In this document: in pieces, positions 1 to 12,829 of the stretch | How the letters are laid out: every line of letters starts with the position of its first letter | Numbering within the stretch: the stretch's first letter is position 1 | DNA from: Macrostomum lignano | Lineage: Eukaryota | Assembly (NCBI GenBank): GCA_002269645.1 | Contig: NIVC01002899.1 | Location: 67,181-131,180, forward strand | DNA: 64,000 bases | Direction of reading: 5' to 3' | The notes under the pieces: model-generated | Databases searched by the model: none | What the model was told of the DNA's origin: nothing | The model's input: the letters and a program-made list of their open reading frames with translations, nothing else | Made by a program: the position numbers and the translations under genes

Positions 1-1121
1 AGGGGCGCCCACCAAGAGACAGGGCCGCCCACCAAGAGACAGGGGCGCCCACCAAGAGACAGGGCCGCCCACCAAGAGACAGGGGCGCCCACCAAGAGAC
101 AGGGGCGCCCACCAAGAGACAGGGCCGCCCACCAAGAGACAGGGCCGCCCACCAAGAGACAGGGGCGCCCACCAAGAGACAGGGCCGCCCACCAAGAGAC
201 AGGGCCGCCCACCAAGAGACAGGGCCGCCCACCAAGAGACAGGGGCGCCCACCAAGAGACAGGGCCGCCCACCAAGAGACAGGGCCGCCCACCAAGAGAC
301 AGGGCCGCCCACCAAGAGACAGGGCCGCCCACCAAGAGACAGGGCCGCCCACCAAGAGACAGGGCCGCCCACCAAGAGACAGGGCCGCCCACCAAGAGAC
401 AGGGCCGCCCACCAAGAGACAGGGGCGCCCACCAAGAGACAGGGCCGCCCACCAAGAGACAGGGGCGCCCACCAAGAGACAGGGCCGCCCACCAAGAGAC
501 AGGGCCGCCCACCAAGAGACAGGGGCGCCCACCAAGAGACAGGGCCGCCCACCAAGAGACAGGGCCGCCCACCAAGAGACAGGGCCGCCCACCAAGAGAC
601 AGGGCCGCCCACCAAGAGACAGGGCCGCCCACCAAGAGACAGGGCCGCCCACCAAGAGACAGGGCCGCCCACCAAGAGACAGGGCCGCCCACCAAGAGAC
701 AGGGCCGCCCACCAAGAGACAGGGCCGCCCACCAAGAGACAGGGCCGCCCACCAAGAGACAGGGCCGCCCACCAAGAGACAGGGCCGCCCACCAAGAGAC
801 AGGGGCACCCACCAAGAGACAGGGGCACCCACCAAGAGACAGTGGCACCCACCAAGAGACAGGGGCACCCACCAAGAGACAGGGGCACCCACCAAGAGAC
901 AGGGGCACCCACCAAGAGACAGGGGCACCCACCAAGAGACAGGGGCACCCACCAAGAGACAGGGGCACCCACCAAGAGACAGGGGCACCCACCAAGAGAC
1001 AGGGGCACCCACCAAGAGACAGGGGCACCCACCAAGAGACAGGGGCACCCACCAAGAGACAGGGGCACCCACCAAGAGACAGGGGCACCCACCAAGAGAC
1101 AGGGGCACCCACCAAGAGACA
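1..1121. repeat. 20-bp tandem minisatellite (AGGGCCGCCCACCAAGAGAC and variants)
   Basis: About 56 direct copies, truncated at the window start. The ORF at 842-1147 is its translation. Confidence 0.97.
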
Positions 1122-1316
1122 GAGACGCCCATCAGGAGGAGTTGTAACTCCAGGTTCCTGGTTCAGGGTCTCCTTGAACCAGGCCAATGGCTGGGAAAAA
1201 AAAAACTTTTTTTCGCGTATGAGGGGGCGGCGGGCGAAGGCACGACCAGCTCCACTGCCGTCATTTTGCACATTGTGGCGATCGTGTTCGAGGTCGAGAG
1301 GGGAGCCAGTGGAATG

Positions 1317-1354
<38 letters not shown>

Positions 1355-1787
1355 CAGAGAGTGCAGCTATAGGAGACATGTGGGGGAATTTTTTTAGAAC
1401 TTTAAAGCTAGCAGCCTCGGCGTGTGGTGCAGAACCAGGAAACTCCTCTCTCTCTCCCTCTCTGGAACCGCTTCGCTTTTTGAAAGGACGCATGCAGTCT
1501 GCTTGTGATGGGATCAGGTTACACTATCTAGATCGCTCTGTAATAAGCTGTTTGGAAGCGAAGTGAAGGGGAGGTGTTCGCTGGTCATAAACACTCGTTA
1601 ATTTTCCATCCACCCCACCGACACGACAGAGAGAAATCGGTCACTTCCGGCTATCTATCTGCTCATATTTGGCAATGAGCTCTGTGACCAGTTTTGTTTA
1701 GTTTGCAATATTTTGCCAAGTCCACTATGCGCTCCGTGGGTCACAATAAATTAATGGGAAAAGGTTTTGGGGTAATAAAGGGGTGCA

Positions 1788-1927
1788 GATCGTGCGTGAA
1801 TGCGCAGAGTTCTAACCACTGTGATCGTGCGTGAATGCGCAGAGTTCTAACCACTGTGATCGTGCGTGAATGCGCAGAGTTCTAACCACTGCGATCGTGC
1901 GTGAATGCGCAGAGTTCTAACCACTGC
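1788..1927. repeat. 35-bp tandem repeat, 4 copies
   Basis: GATCGTGCGTGAATGCGCAGAGTTCTAACCACTGT repeated four times. Confidence 0.92.
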
Positions 1928-2965
1928 GAACGACTGGGAAGAGTGCGTGAAGAATGCACAATTCCCCAACCATTTTGGCCTTACAAAGCTCATATAGTAT
2001 TTTCTCATAAATTTGCTAGCTGTAAGGCGTAGTGCATATGAGCAAACTACTCAATAAGAGATATACATGTAGTTAGTAGACACAGCCAGCTGCAATGCCT
2101 CGAGGCTTCTTGCAATCTAGCAAATGAGGCCAACTAAAACTCTCACGGGATTTGAATTTGTCTGGATCAGTAAATCATATTCGCGCGCCGACAAACTGCT
2201 TGATGGGTGTCCGAGAATCTCGGTCTGCTGCACGGCTGGCTGGATTTTGCTACTTTAATATTGAGTAGCACCACTTTAATTTCCTTCTCCTTGGCTTTCA
2301 GCTAAGCCGCATTGCTTCGGCTTAAACATTGTTTAAGCCGAAGCTTAGTGAAAGTCATTTTGCGATGTCATAGAGATGCCAGTAGGATGTCATAGAGATG
2401 CCACCAGGATGTCATAGAGATTCCAGCAGGATGCCATAGAGATGTCACTAAGCAAAGAGACGCCCCTAAGGTGTCAAAGTGATGCCACCACCACAAAGAC
2501 GTCACTACGCTCGTATAGTCCCGCCAGGATGTCAAAGCCAGACTGGTAAGCAGGTAAGCGAACTAATTTCACCACTATGGAAAAAAGTGTCATCAAAAGT
2601 GTACTAAATTGACCTACATGTGCAGGTGGGTGGGGTTATCCTTGCAGCGCAAAATTGAGTATAATAAAGAGGTACATGTATAAATATATGTTTTGGAATA
2701 TTTTAGTTAGAAGTTTAACTAAAGAACTCGTTTCGACATTTTAAAAACTTTCTGTAAATATTTGACGCACTGAGAAGGCCTAAATGAGTTTGCACTACTG
2801 AGAGCTAATTGAACTCAAGTGAAAACTGGGCGTCTCTGGCTTCTCAAGTTGACAGAAATGCAAGCAACCACTTCTGTAAGTCGATTTTTTAAAAGCAAGC
2901 CTTCAGGATAAAAGGTATTAGCGGGACTCGGACTCAGGACAAGAAGAGAAAGTCTACCGTCGGGC

Positions 2966-3790
2966 ATGTCACCCATTCAATGCCGCAGTGGTGCAGTGCA
3001 ATTCATTATAATCATTTTGCTCCGTTTCCACCCAATAGTTCACAGCAAAAACAGCGGCGATAAACAACTGTGTCGTCAACCGTTTTTTCCTGGAGACGGA
3101 GGCAACCGCGACAGGTGCTTGCTGCTGCCGGATACTCAGCATCGACTCACCTGGTGTCAAGCTAATCGCTACTGTTGGCACCTTGGCGCTAGGCTGATAG
3201 CTAATCCTAGTGCTATAGCCAAGCTGCAGCTGAGTTCTAACGGCTCAACAACTGGTAAACTTTCCACGTGGATCGGCGTGTCCGACTTAGCTAGGGAACG
3301 CGGCAAGCAGAAGGACGGCTGGCGACCCGTGGCAGTTGGCGACAGTTTCGGCTCCGAGTTCCCGGCCAACTATCCAGGATGGGGCAGCGAGCCAAACGAT
3401 GCCGTTGCGGGCTGGGAGAACTGCTTAGAAGTTGACTTAGTCAGCGGTCAACTAAATGACAAAGTCTGCTCCGATTTGAACCCGTTTACCTGCGAAGCCT
3501 TGCCAGTGGAGCAGCTGCAGTTAGCTGAACAAAAATTTGGATTATGGCGCAAAGTGAACTTCCATAGATCACATTTTAACGAGATTTCGGAATACTGTCA
3601 CTCAGATGATTTCGCTGTCGATTCAGTTATGCATTGTCTGAAGATTGCTGTCAGGCATGCCTATCCAACGAGTGGCTTGCTCTACAATCATCGCCATAGG
3701 ATCTGTCGGCTAATTGAATTCACAGGCGAGGTACAAGCCGAACGTGAAATTGAAATGAATGCCGACTGGGAAAATATAGTTTTAAAGTAG
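2966..3790 (+). CDS. Secreted C-type lectin-domain protein (EPN type) with a possible degenerate PAN/apple-like C-terminus; single exon
   Basis: Hydrophobic N-terminus. CTLD hallmarks: TWCQANRYCWHLGA, WIG, EPN, ENC, LND and CxxxxxFTCE. ATG to TAG is uninterrupted. Confidence 0.85.
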   Translation: MSPIQCRSGAVQFIIIILLRFHPIVHSKNSGDKQLCRQPFFPGDGGNRDRCLLLPDTQHRLTWCQANRYCWHLGARLIANPSAIAKLQLSSNGSTTGKLSTWIGVSDLARERGKQKDGWRPVAVGDSFGSEFPANYPGWGSEPNDAVAGWENCLEVDLVSGQLNDKVCSDLNPFTCEALPVEQLQLAEQKFGLWRKVNFHRSHFNEISEYCHSDDFAVDSVMHCLKIAVRHAYPTSGLLYNHRHRICRLIEFTGEVQAEREIEMNADWENIVLK

Positions 3791-6103
3791 GTACTTGTAC
3801 GTTAACGGCCACCGTAAATTTTTAACTGTTTCAGCAACGAGTCAACGACAACTGTAACTTTTCTAATAAACTTGAAAAAAAGAAACAGATTTCAGTAACA
3901 GAAGTCCTGAAAAGAAAATTGGTTCCTTTTTTCGCTTTTTAGCACGACCCGTGTAGTTGAATTACACTCGGTGATCGTTGACCTTTAATTAAACTTTCAA
4001 TTTTTTGCTCAAAGGTTTCAAAGAAGCACAAAATTTCGTTGTAGGTTCTAAAAATGCAATTGAAATGGCAGTTTGAAAATCACTACACACTTACTTTGTA
4101 TCAAGACAAAGTATTAGACATTTGCGCAGATGCTTTAATTTGCTGTTTGTTTAGCTGTTTCAGCGCTATTTCAATTATCGGGGACGATATTTATATGAAC
4201 TTGTTGTCATTCTTAGAATTGGCTCAAAATTTCTTTACAAATTGGTTTAAATTATAAGCTCGATACAAGCCACAGGGGACTGCTTCAGATGTGAATCACA
4301 TCGCATCTGTTGTTGACTTTTCAAATCGTGTATTCCATATGATTCTGTATTGATTAACCTAAGTGTACCATTTCCATAAAATTATCATAGTTGAATTCAT
4401 TAGTACTACTACACACGAGTCGACAGTCGACACGACACTATATGTCGATATTACATAGATCTAATCTTTTTGTTTTTTTTGAAATAAACAAAACAAAGAG
4501 AATATAAAATCTTTAAGCTAATATATATAGTTCAGTTTAAAAAAACCAAGTTTAATTCATTTGATTTAATTATTTCCATTTATTAGCTGTTGTTATATCT
4601 GCTTTACTGCTTAGAGTATTAGAAAGTAGCTAATTATTTTATTCAAACTTTTTGTTTTGTTTTTAATTACATTTTTTATAACAGTCATTTCTCAATGACA
4701 GTTAGATAAGTCAAGATAAAAGGATAAGTTAATATCATGATAAATCAATATCATATGATCAATATTATATCAATATCAATATCATACCATAGTATTAGAT
4801 AGATTAAATTAGATAACATAATATTACTAGATAATCTAATTACATTATTATGCTACTATATGATTTAATTTATTCTATCCAATGAAAATAAAATCATTAA
4901 TATTGTTTATAATATTTGTCATCCTATCACAGTATCACTGGATATTCTTGGCTAGCCAATTAAACTTTTGTATACATTTACAAAATTTAAAAATAAATCC
5001 CTAGTTAAATAAAATATATCTCTGATGATATTGATGCATAAACAATAAGTTGTAATGCAATTAGAAAACAGAAAACTATAGAAATCTAGGAGTTGCTTGT
5101 TTACTAGACTATATGAAAAGTAAATGCCAATATTAATATTTACCAAAGTCCAAACTTATACATTATACCAATGAATGTGTTTCATCCAACAGATATTTTA
5201 GGACAAGTAACTCATTTAACTAATAAAACAAATTCATAATAAAAAAGAAAAATATATAAACCTTGAAAAAATAAAAAAACAAAATGTAGTGAATAGCCTC
5301 CAATATTGGCTAAGCCAAAGGCAATCTAATCATTAAAAAACAGTTTGCAGTCATAGACTAAATGACAATGTAAATGCCACCCTGAAATATTCTGCCTAAA
5401 CCCAGCTTAAGCTTATGCTCAATTTTCAGAATTGCCTATTAAGTCTTTTGATTATATTTCTGAAACTTTGTATATGCAGCTTGAATTAATTTAAAAGCTT
5501 ATTATTATAAACTGACAGCTATCAATGCCTTAAATAGCTATATTTATTCTCTCAGCTCACAATGAGCACTCCAACCATAATGTATTATACATTATATACT
5601 TCTCATTGTCATCATTGATCCTTTCATAGTTTCATTTTTTATATTTTATATTTTCATTATAAAGTTGGTTATTTGATTTACCTACCCTAAAAATTTTGTT
5701 TTGACAAAATGCACTTAAATTCACTGGTTAATGTTTGCATTGGCAAAAACAATAAGATCAATATAAATACTACATTAAATGGGCCTATTAAATCTAAAAG
5801 TATGCATACATCTAACTAGATACTTCATTAACAATGATTGACAATGTTGCAAGTTCAAAAAGTTGCAATTTTCATTTAATTGATCAATAATTTTGGACGA
5901 AGCCATTTTGTTTATTATTTTTTATAGGACACAAATCAATTGCTTGAATCTTTATAAAGTATTAGCATTTTTATATTTTTCTTTTGTTCAGTTTTTTATA
6001 TAATTATACAATACAAAATTTAAAGTGACCTTCAATTTCAATTTTTAACACTATATTCTAGCGCAGAAGTGTGAATGATTTATTTTTCTCAAATTCACTT
6101 CAG

Positions 6104-9100
6104 CTGTCCAGATTATTTGGCAGCAGGCGGGGCAGCCCGAGTCCTCGCCCGCAGCAGCAGCAGCCGCCGCCACAGCTGGCATCGCCCGGCGGTCAGTCAA
6201 TCGAGATCAGCTCACCAATCAGTGTTGAGCGCCAAATTCATATCGAGATTGACCCGGACACTGGCGAGTTCATCGGCCTGCCGGACACCTGGCGGCTCTG
6301 GCTGGAGTCGCAGTTCAGCTCAGAGCTTCGCCTACGCCAGCCAACAGCCGTGGCCGAAGCTGTTCGATTCTACAGCGGCTGCGGCAGCCGGCCGCCGTCC
6401 ACCGTTGATGCAGCTGATGAGGCTGATGAAGATGCCGGCGATGGCGGCGAAGGTCCAGCAGCTGACGTCCCGGTTAGAAAGCGATCGGCACTGACTGTGG
6501 ACTCGTCGCCTTCAGGGACCGTTGGCGGCAGCTCGCAGACAGAGGCGAACCTGACCGAGTTCTTTTGCCAGCTCGAGGACCTCCTGCTGGACGTTGGAGC
6601 ACCAGGCAAGGCTGGAGACGAATTCGAGGCGAAATACGCCTGGAGTCAGGAGGTGCTGGGCACCGGGTGAGTAGCGGGCTGTCAGCTCAGTGTCAGTGAG
6701 TCTTGAAGCATCAATTCCAACCTTCACCCAAGGACGTTTCTTAGAAAGTGTTAAGGAGGCTTAAGGAAAGCAATAAAAATTTTAATATGAAAAAAGTGAA
6801 AAGTTCCTATCTCTGTAGTGTATTGTTCGGCGAAAACCAGCCTCCTTAACATTTTTCAAGAAACGTAGTCTCCCGTCCTTCTATTTGACTAGTCCTTGAC
6901 TTCACCTCAGAGCCAGCGGTACGGTGCGTCTAGCTCGAGACCGAGTCACCAACCGTCCCGTAGCGGTCAAGTGCATGCGCTTGGTTGCTAGGCAACAGAG
7001 ACGACGCGACGCCCTGCTAACGGAGCTGTCGGCGATGCAGCGACTCCGACACGACAATATCGTCAACTTCATCAGAGCCTACCTGAACCGTTCTAGCAGC
7101 TCATCAGCCGAACTGCTTCTAGTCATGGAATACTTGGATGGCGGTTGTTTAACCGACGTCGCCATGGAAACGGTGATGCAGGAGCCGATCATAGCCGCCG
7201 TGGCTAGAGAATGCCTGCAGGCTGTCGCCTATTTGCACCATAATCGAGTTATTCACAGAGATTTAAAATCCGACAATGTACTTTTGGGCACCGGCGGCGA
7301 GGTCAAGGTCACCGATTTCGGATTCTGCGCGCTGTTAACTACGGATGATAGTTACAGATGCACTAGGGTGAGGCATTGTCTCCCTCTCACTGTCTCCCTC
7401 TCACTGTCTCCCTCTCACTGTCTCCCTCTCACTGTCTCCCTCTCACTGTCTCCCTCTCACTGTCTCCTCACTGTCTCCCTCTCACTGTCTCCCTCTCACT
7501 GTCTCCCTCTCACTGTCTCCCTCTCACTGTCTCCCTCTCTCTCACTGTCTCCTCTCTCACTGTCTTCTCTCTCACTGCTCCCCCTCTTACTGTCTCCCTC
7601 TCACTGTCTCCCTCTCTCACTGTCTCCCTCTCTCACTGTCTCCCTCTCACTCTTCCTTTCTCACTGTCTCCCTCTCACTGTTTTCCTCTCTGTCCCCCTC
7701 TCACTATCTCTTTTTCTCACTGCCTCCCTCTCTTCACTGTCTCCCTTTCTCACTGTCTCCCTCTTACTGTCTCCCTCTCTCACTGTCTCCCTCTCTCACT
7801 GTCTCCCTCTCATTGTCTCCCTTTCACTGTCTCCCTTTCACTGTCTCCCTCTCACTGTCTCCCTTTCACTGTCTCCCTCTCACTGTCTCCCTCTCACTGT
7901 CTCCCTCTCACTGTCTCCCTCTCTCACTGTCTCCCTCTCTCACTGTCTCCCTCTCACTGTCTCCTTCTCTCACTGTCTCCCTCTCACTGTCTCCCTCTCT
8001 CACTGTCTCCCTCTCTCACTGTCTCCCTCTCATTGTCTCCCTCTCACTTTTTTCCTCTCTGTCTCCCTCTCACTCTCCCTTTCTCACTGTCTCCCTCTCT
8101 TCACTGTCTCCCTTTCTCACTGTCTCCCTCTTACTGTCTCCCTCTCTCACTATCTCCCTCTCACTGTCTTCCTCTCACTGTATCCCTCTCACTGTCTCCC
8201 TCTCACTGTCTCCCTTTCTCACTGTCTCCCTCCCTCACTGTCTTCCTCTCTCACTGCCTCCCCCTCTTACTGTCTCCCTCTCACTGTCTCCCTCTCTCAC
8301 TGTCTCCCTCTCTCACTGTCTCCCTCTCACTCTTCCTTTCTCACTGTCTCCCTCTCACTGTCTCCCTCTCACTGTTTTCCTCTCTGTCCCCCTCTCACTA
8401 TCTCTTTTTCTCACTGCCTCCCTCTCTCACTGTCTCCCTCTCACTGTCTCCTTCTCTCACTGTCTCCCTCTCACTGTCTCCCTTTCTCACTGTCTCCCTC
8501 TCTCACTGTCTTCCTCTCTCACTGCCTCCCCCTCTTACTGTCTCCCTCTCACTGTCTCCCTCTCTCACTGTCTCCCTCTCTCACTGTCTCCCTCTCACTC
8601 TTCATTTCTCACTGTCTCCCTCTCACTGTCTCCCTCTCACTGTTTTCCTCTCTGTCCCCCTCTCACTATCTCTTTTTCTCACTGCCTCCCTCTCTCACTG
8701 TCTCCCTCTCACTGTCTCCTTCTCTCACTGTCTCCCTCTCACTGTCTCCCTCTCTCACTGTCTCCCTCTCTCACTGTCTCCCTCTCACTCTTCCTTTCTC
8801 ACTGTCTCCCTCTCGCTGTCTCCCTCTCACTGTCTCCCTCTCACTGTTTTCCTCTCTGTCCCCCTCTCACTATCTCTTTTTCTCACTGTCTCCCTCTCAC
8901 TATCTCCCTCTCTCACTATCTCCCTTTCTCACTGTCTCCCTTTCTCACTGTCTCCCTCTCTCAGTGTCTCCCTCTCTTCACTGTCTCCTTCTCTCACTGT
9001 CTCCCTCTCTCACTGTCTCCCTCTCTCAGTGTCTCCCTCTCTTCACTGTCTCCCTTTCTCACTGTCTCCCTCTTACTGTCTTCCTCTCTCACTGCCTCCC

Positions 9101-10164
9101 CCTCTTACTGTCTTCCTTCTTTGCTTTCATTTTTTGTTCTCGATGAAGTGTATTATTTCACCTGAAAAATGTTGACAAATTTAAAATCTACTTTAAGTAG
9201 CTGCTGGCGCGCTTTCTCTCATTAAATGATAAAGTTTAGAAAGCAAGCAAATTATTTTTCCTAGATCGGCACACCCTACTGGATGGCGCCAGAGATGGTG
9301 ACGGTGGTGGAGCGGCAGTCGGCTCGCTGCTACAACAGCAAAGTGGACATCTGGTCTCTAGGCGTACTCGTGTTGGAGATGCTGGAGGGCGAGCCGCCTT
9401 ATCTGCATGAACTGCCTGTTAAGGTGGGCACTTTTTTGTTAACTAGGCCGGATGTCACTCCCTAGCTGCCATCCTCTCTAGATGTCATCCTCTCTAGATG
9501 TCACTCCCTAGATGTCATTCTCTCTAGATGTCACTCTCTAGATGTCATCCTCTCTAGATGTCACTCCCTAGATGTCATTCTCTCTAGATGTCACTCTCTA
9601 GATGTCATCCTCTCTAGATGTCATCTTCTCTAGATGTCATCCTCTCTAGATGTCACTCCCTAGATGTCATCCTCTCTAGATGTCATCCTCTCTAGATGTC
9701 ACTTCTTAGACGTTACTCTCTTTAGATCCCACTCCCTAGATGTCACTCTTTAGATGTCACCTCTTTAGATGTCACTCCCTAAATTTCACTCTCTTTAGAT
9801 GTCACTCCCTAGATTTCACTCTCCAGACGCCATGCACTCTCTAGATGTCACTTCATCTCAAAAGCGATCTAGTCGAGGGGTCATGAGAGAAAACTCAATT
9901 AAGTATTTGAGTTTCAGAAAAAAACTGTTCATTATTCGATTCCAGGCAATCTATCTCATTCAAACAAAAGGCAAGCCAGACTACAAAGACCCAGCTAACA
10001 TGAGCGCAGAGTTGACTAATTTTCTCGACCAGTGCCTGAGCGTCGATCCCGAACAAAGGCCAACCGCTGGGGAACTGTTGGAGCACAGCTTTCTAGCTAA
10101 AGCCTGTCCTCTGCAATGGAAGCTGCGAGAACATATTTTAGCTGCTAGGCGGGCTCTGGCCTGA
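6104..10164 (+). CDS. PAK: p21-activated kinase (group I PAK-like); 5' coding exon unresolved
   Basis: Exons 6104-6666, 6911-7367, 9265-9423 and 9946-10164 join in frame with GT-AG sites. Motifs: CRIB-like [14 protein letters not shown] plus [48 protein letters not shown] and DIWSLG. There is no in-frame ATG in the first visible exon. A candidate upstream exon at 5171-5206 (MNVFHPTDILGQ, phase 0) is speculative. Confidence 0.93.
6734..6866. mobile_element. MITE-like element or hairpin with ~28-bp imperfect terminal inverted repeats, in PAK intron
   Basis: ACGTTTCTTAGAAAGTGTTAAGGAGGCT (6734-6761) pairs with the reverse complement of 6839-6866 at about 25 of 28 positions. Confidence 0.55.
7377..9118. 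repeat. Pyrimidine-rich 12-16-bp minisatellite (TCTCACTGTCTCCC) filling a PAK intron
   Basis: Direct inspection. It lies between the donor at 7368 and the acceptor at 9264. Confidence 0.95.
9470..9850. repeat. CTAGATGTCA-based 14-17-bp tandem repeat in a PAK intron
   Basis: Repeated TCTCTAGATGTCA(C/T) units between the donor at 9424 and the acceptor at 9945. Confidence 0.9.
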
Positions 10165-10469
10165 ATCAGCTGTCCTTTTTCAGTGCAGAATTATTTTGGA
10201 TAACATAGCAGCATTAAGTGGCTTGATTAACCTGCATCAATACCTTGGCTTTATTTTTGTGATACAAACAATTTTTTGGCTTAGTTTTTGTTACTTCAGT
10301 GTACAAATACTTGATTATTAATAAAAAATGTTTACTCGCCGTATATTCCAACAGTATAATTGTTTATTAAAATGCATAATAATATAATTATAATAAGTAC
10401 ACCACTGCTTCAAAGTGCATCCCTGCTATTTGGTTGCGTGTAGTACAGTGTATGTACTTAAGCGATACC

Positions 10470-11075
10470 CACCCCCTCTCTCCCCAGTCTACACGCCCTA
10501 TCAAAGCGACAACCACCCTACTCTCCTAGTGTACACACGCGCTATCAAAGCGACAACCACCCCCACTCTCTCCCCGGTGTACACACGCGCTATCAAAGCG
10601 ACAACCACCCCCACTCTCTCCCCGGTGTACACACGCGCTATCAAAGCGACAACCACCCCCACTCTCTCCCCGGTGTACACACGCGCTATCAAAGCGACAA
10701 CCACCCCCACTCTCTCCCCGGTGTACACACGCGCTATCAAAGCGACAACCACCCGCACTCTCTCCTCAGTGTACATGTACATTCGCGAGCTCAAAGCGGC
10801 ACCCACACCACTCTCTCTCTCCCCAGTGTACGCACGCGCTATCAGTGCGACAACCACCCGCACTCTCTCCCCAGTGTACACTTGCGCTCAAAGCGACAAC
10901 CATCCCACTCTCTCCCTAGTGTACACACGCTATCAAAGCGACAACCACCCGCACTCTCTCCCCAGTGTACACTTGCGCTCAAAGCGACAACCACCCCACT
11001 CTCTCCCTAGTGTACACACGCGCTATCAAAGCGACAATCGCCTCCATTCTCTCCCCCGTTTACACTCTCTTCCCA
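10470..11075. repeat. 48-bp minisatellite
   Basis: GTGTACACACGCGCTATCAAAGCGACAACCACCCCCACTCTCTCCCCG, about 12 copies, downstream of the PAK stop codon. Confidence 0.92.
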
Positions 11076-12829
11076 GTGACACTCAATTTAGCTAGCTTCT
11101 ATATAATTCACGGAATAATAAAATTAGTATTACACAAGCGTCTAGAAGCAGTTTTGCTTTTCAACTATTTTGTTGTACCCAATCTCGTAAACAATAAATA
11201 GAGTCTCATTCAACTGTTAAGTCATTTTCGGCCGAGCTATTATTGAACTATTGTTCAACCCTCAGTGTCTTGTCACAACTTTTACTGATATAGATCAATA
11301 TTTTTCGTCGATGTTATTGACTAGTTGCATGTACTATTCAATTTCGATGCTAAACTGCGAATATTTCCTTATTGCATATTTTTATCATGTAAGCCAGCTT
11401 CTTGAGTATAGTCACGCATCAGATCATTGTGATTTTTATTTAACTTCACAGTCATTTTTTACTGTTCATATTAACAGTTTTATACACATGGGAAATAATT
11501 AATAAATAGAGTATTTTGAGCTACTGTAGCTGCTGATATATTAGTTACTCTGAAATATACTGACTGGCTTCTGTTCTATAATCTTTTTTGTTTTCAGAAT
11601 AAATTAAAATGAGACAGCACATCTACTTTGAGACAGGTAAATTAGTTCTGCATTTATTGGGCAGTCTCTTTATTTGAGTAAAGCTTTACTGTAAATAATG
11701 GTTTTTTTTCAAACTAGATTAGTCATTTTATATTCTATATATATTGAATTATATTACTGTTTGTTAATATTTTGTAGGAAAATCGAAGTAGTAAAAACAG
11801 AGACAGGTAGGGTGCACATTCCAGTCAAAAATGTTAAACGAGGAAATAGCATTTAAAACAAAAAGTTTCATAATTTAAATAGCATGAAAAGTTGCAAACT
11901 GCATAAAATTTCAGGTTAGCACAAATTACAACCTTTAAACGAGTTTAATTAGCTTAAAAACAATTTAAAGTGTAGCAAAAAATCATAGCAGAGTTTATGA
12001 ATAAGTGCATATGTTGAATGGGTGAAACACGTAAAAATGTTTAAAACCTAAGAGAAATCCAATTCATTCGATTTGGAAGCAAAATGTTTTATTGAGGCGA
12101 CCGATATTGCTGGAAAAAGTGTATATTTATTAACGAGCTATTATCTACTAATTGCTTATTTTATTCCGGTGTTTTCTCGTTTACATTTAAACAAACTTTT
12201 AACATAATATTTCCTCGTATATTTGTAAAAACATTTGACCAAATGAAATAAAAAATAATTTGGATGAAAACACGCCAGGACTTTGCGTAAAAAATTAAAT
12301 AAAAAAATATTAAATTCGTGCAACTTTCGTTTTGAGGTGCTCATTTTGTGGCGCTGATGTACACTTAAATGGATTAACGAAACTTTATTGTCAAAATCTA
12401 TGCGTTTAATTTTTATGCCAAAAGCTTTGGTCTGTCATAAATTACTGTAGCAACTAACAAAGATTTTATGCAGCATTAAACTTCTGAAGACTAGTTTAAA
12501 ATTGAAGTTCATTTTTTATGCTTCTGATTTTTAACGACTTTTTACACATGTATGAATATAGATCTACTAGCAATTCTAAAATCACAGGATTGCCTAAATT
12601 TTGTACGTCCGTTATTATTGACATCGGAAACATTTGTTTCCAAAATTGGAAAATCAAAATTAGAGCTATTAATTGTAATAAAAACTTGCTACTGTTAAAT
12701 GTACATGTACTTGTAATTAGCCGTACATGATGCATTCTGATTCAAATTAGAATATATGAAGCCTAAAGGTGTCGATCAATGCTGAGTCATGCATGCCTAT
12801 TTGTATCTGAGCCGGGCATGAGGGGAGCT

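Noticed and set aside
842-1147. Repetitive ORF (GAPTKRQGHPPRDR)
   Set aside because: Translation of the 20-bp array; GTG start and no splice or codon support.
7368-9175. Long Leu/Ser/Pro/His-rich extension of the kinase ORF (740 aa) and overlapping ORFs
   Set aside because: It lies between a GT donor at 7368 and an AG acceptor at 9264. Splicing it out restores the PAK activation loop.
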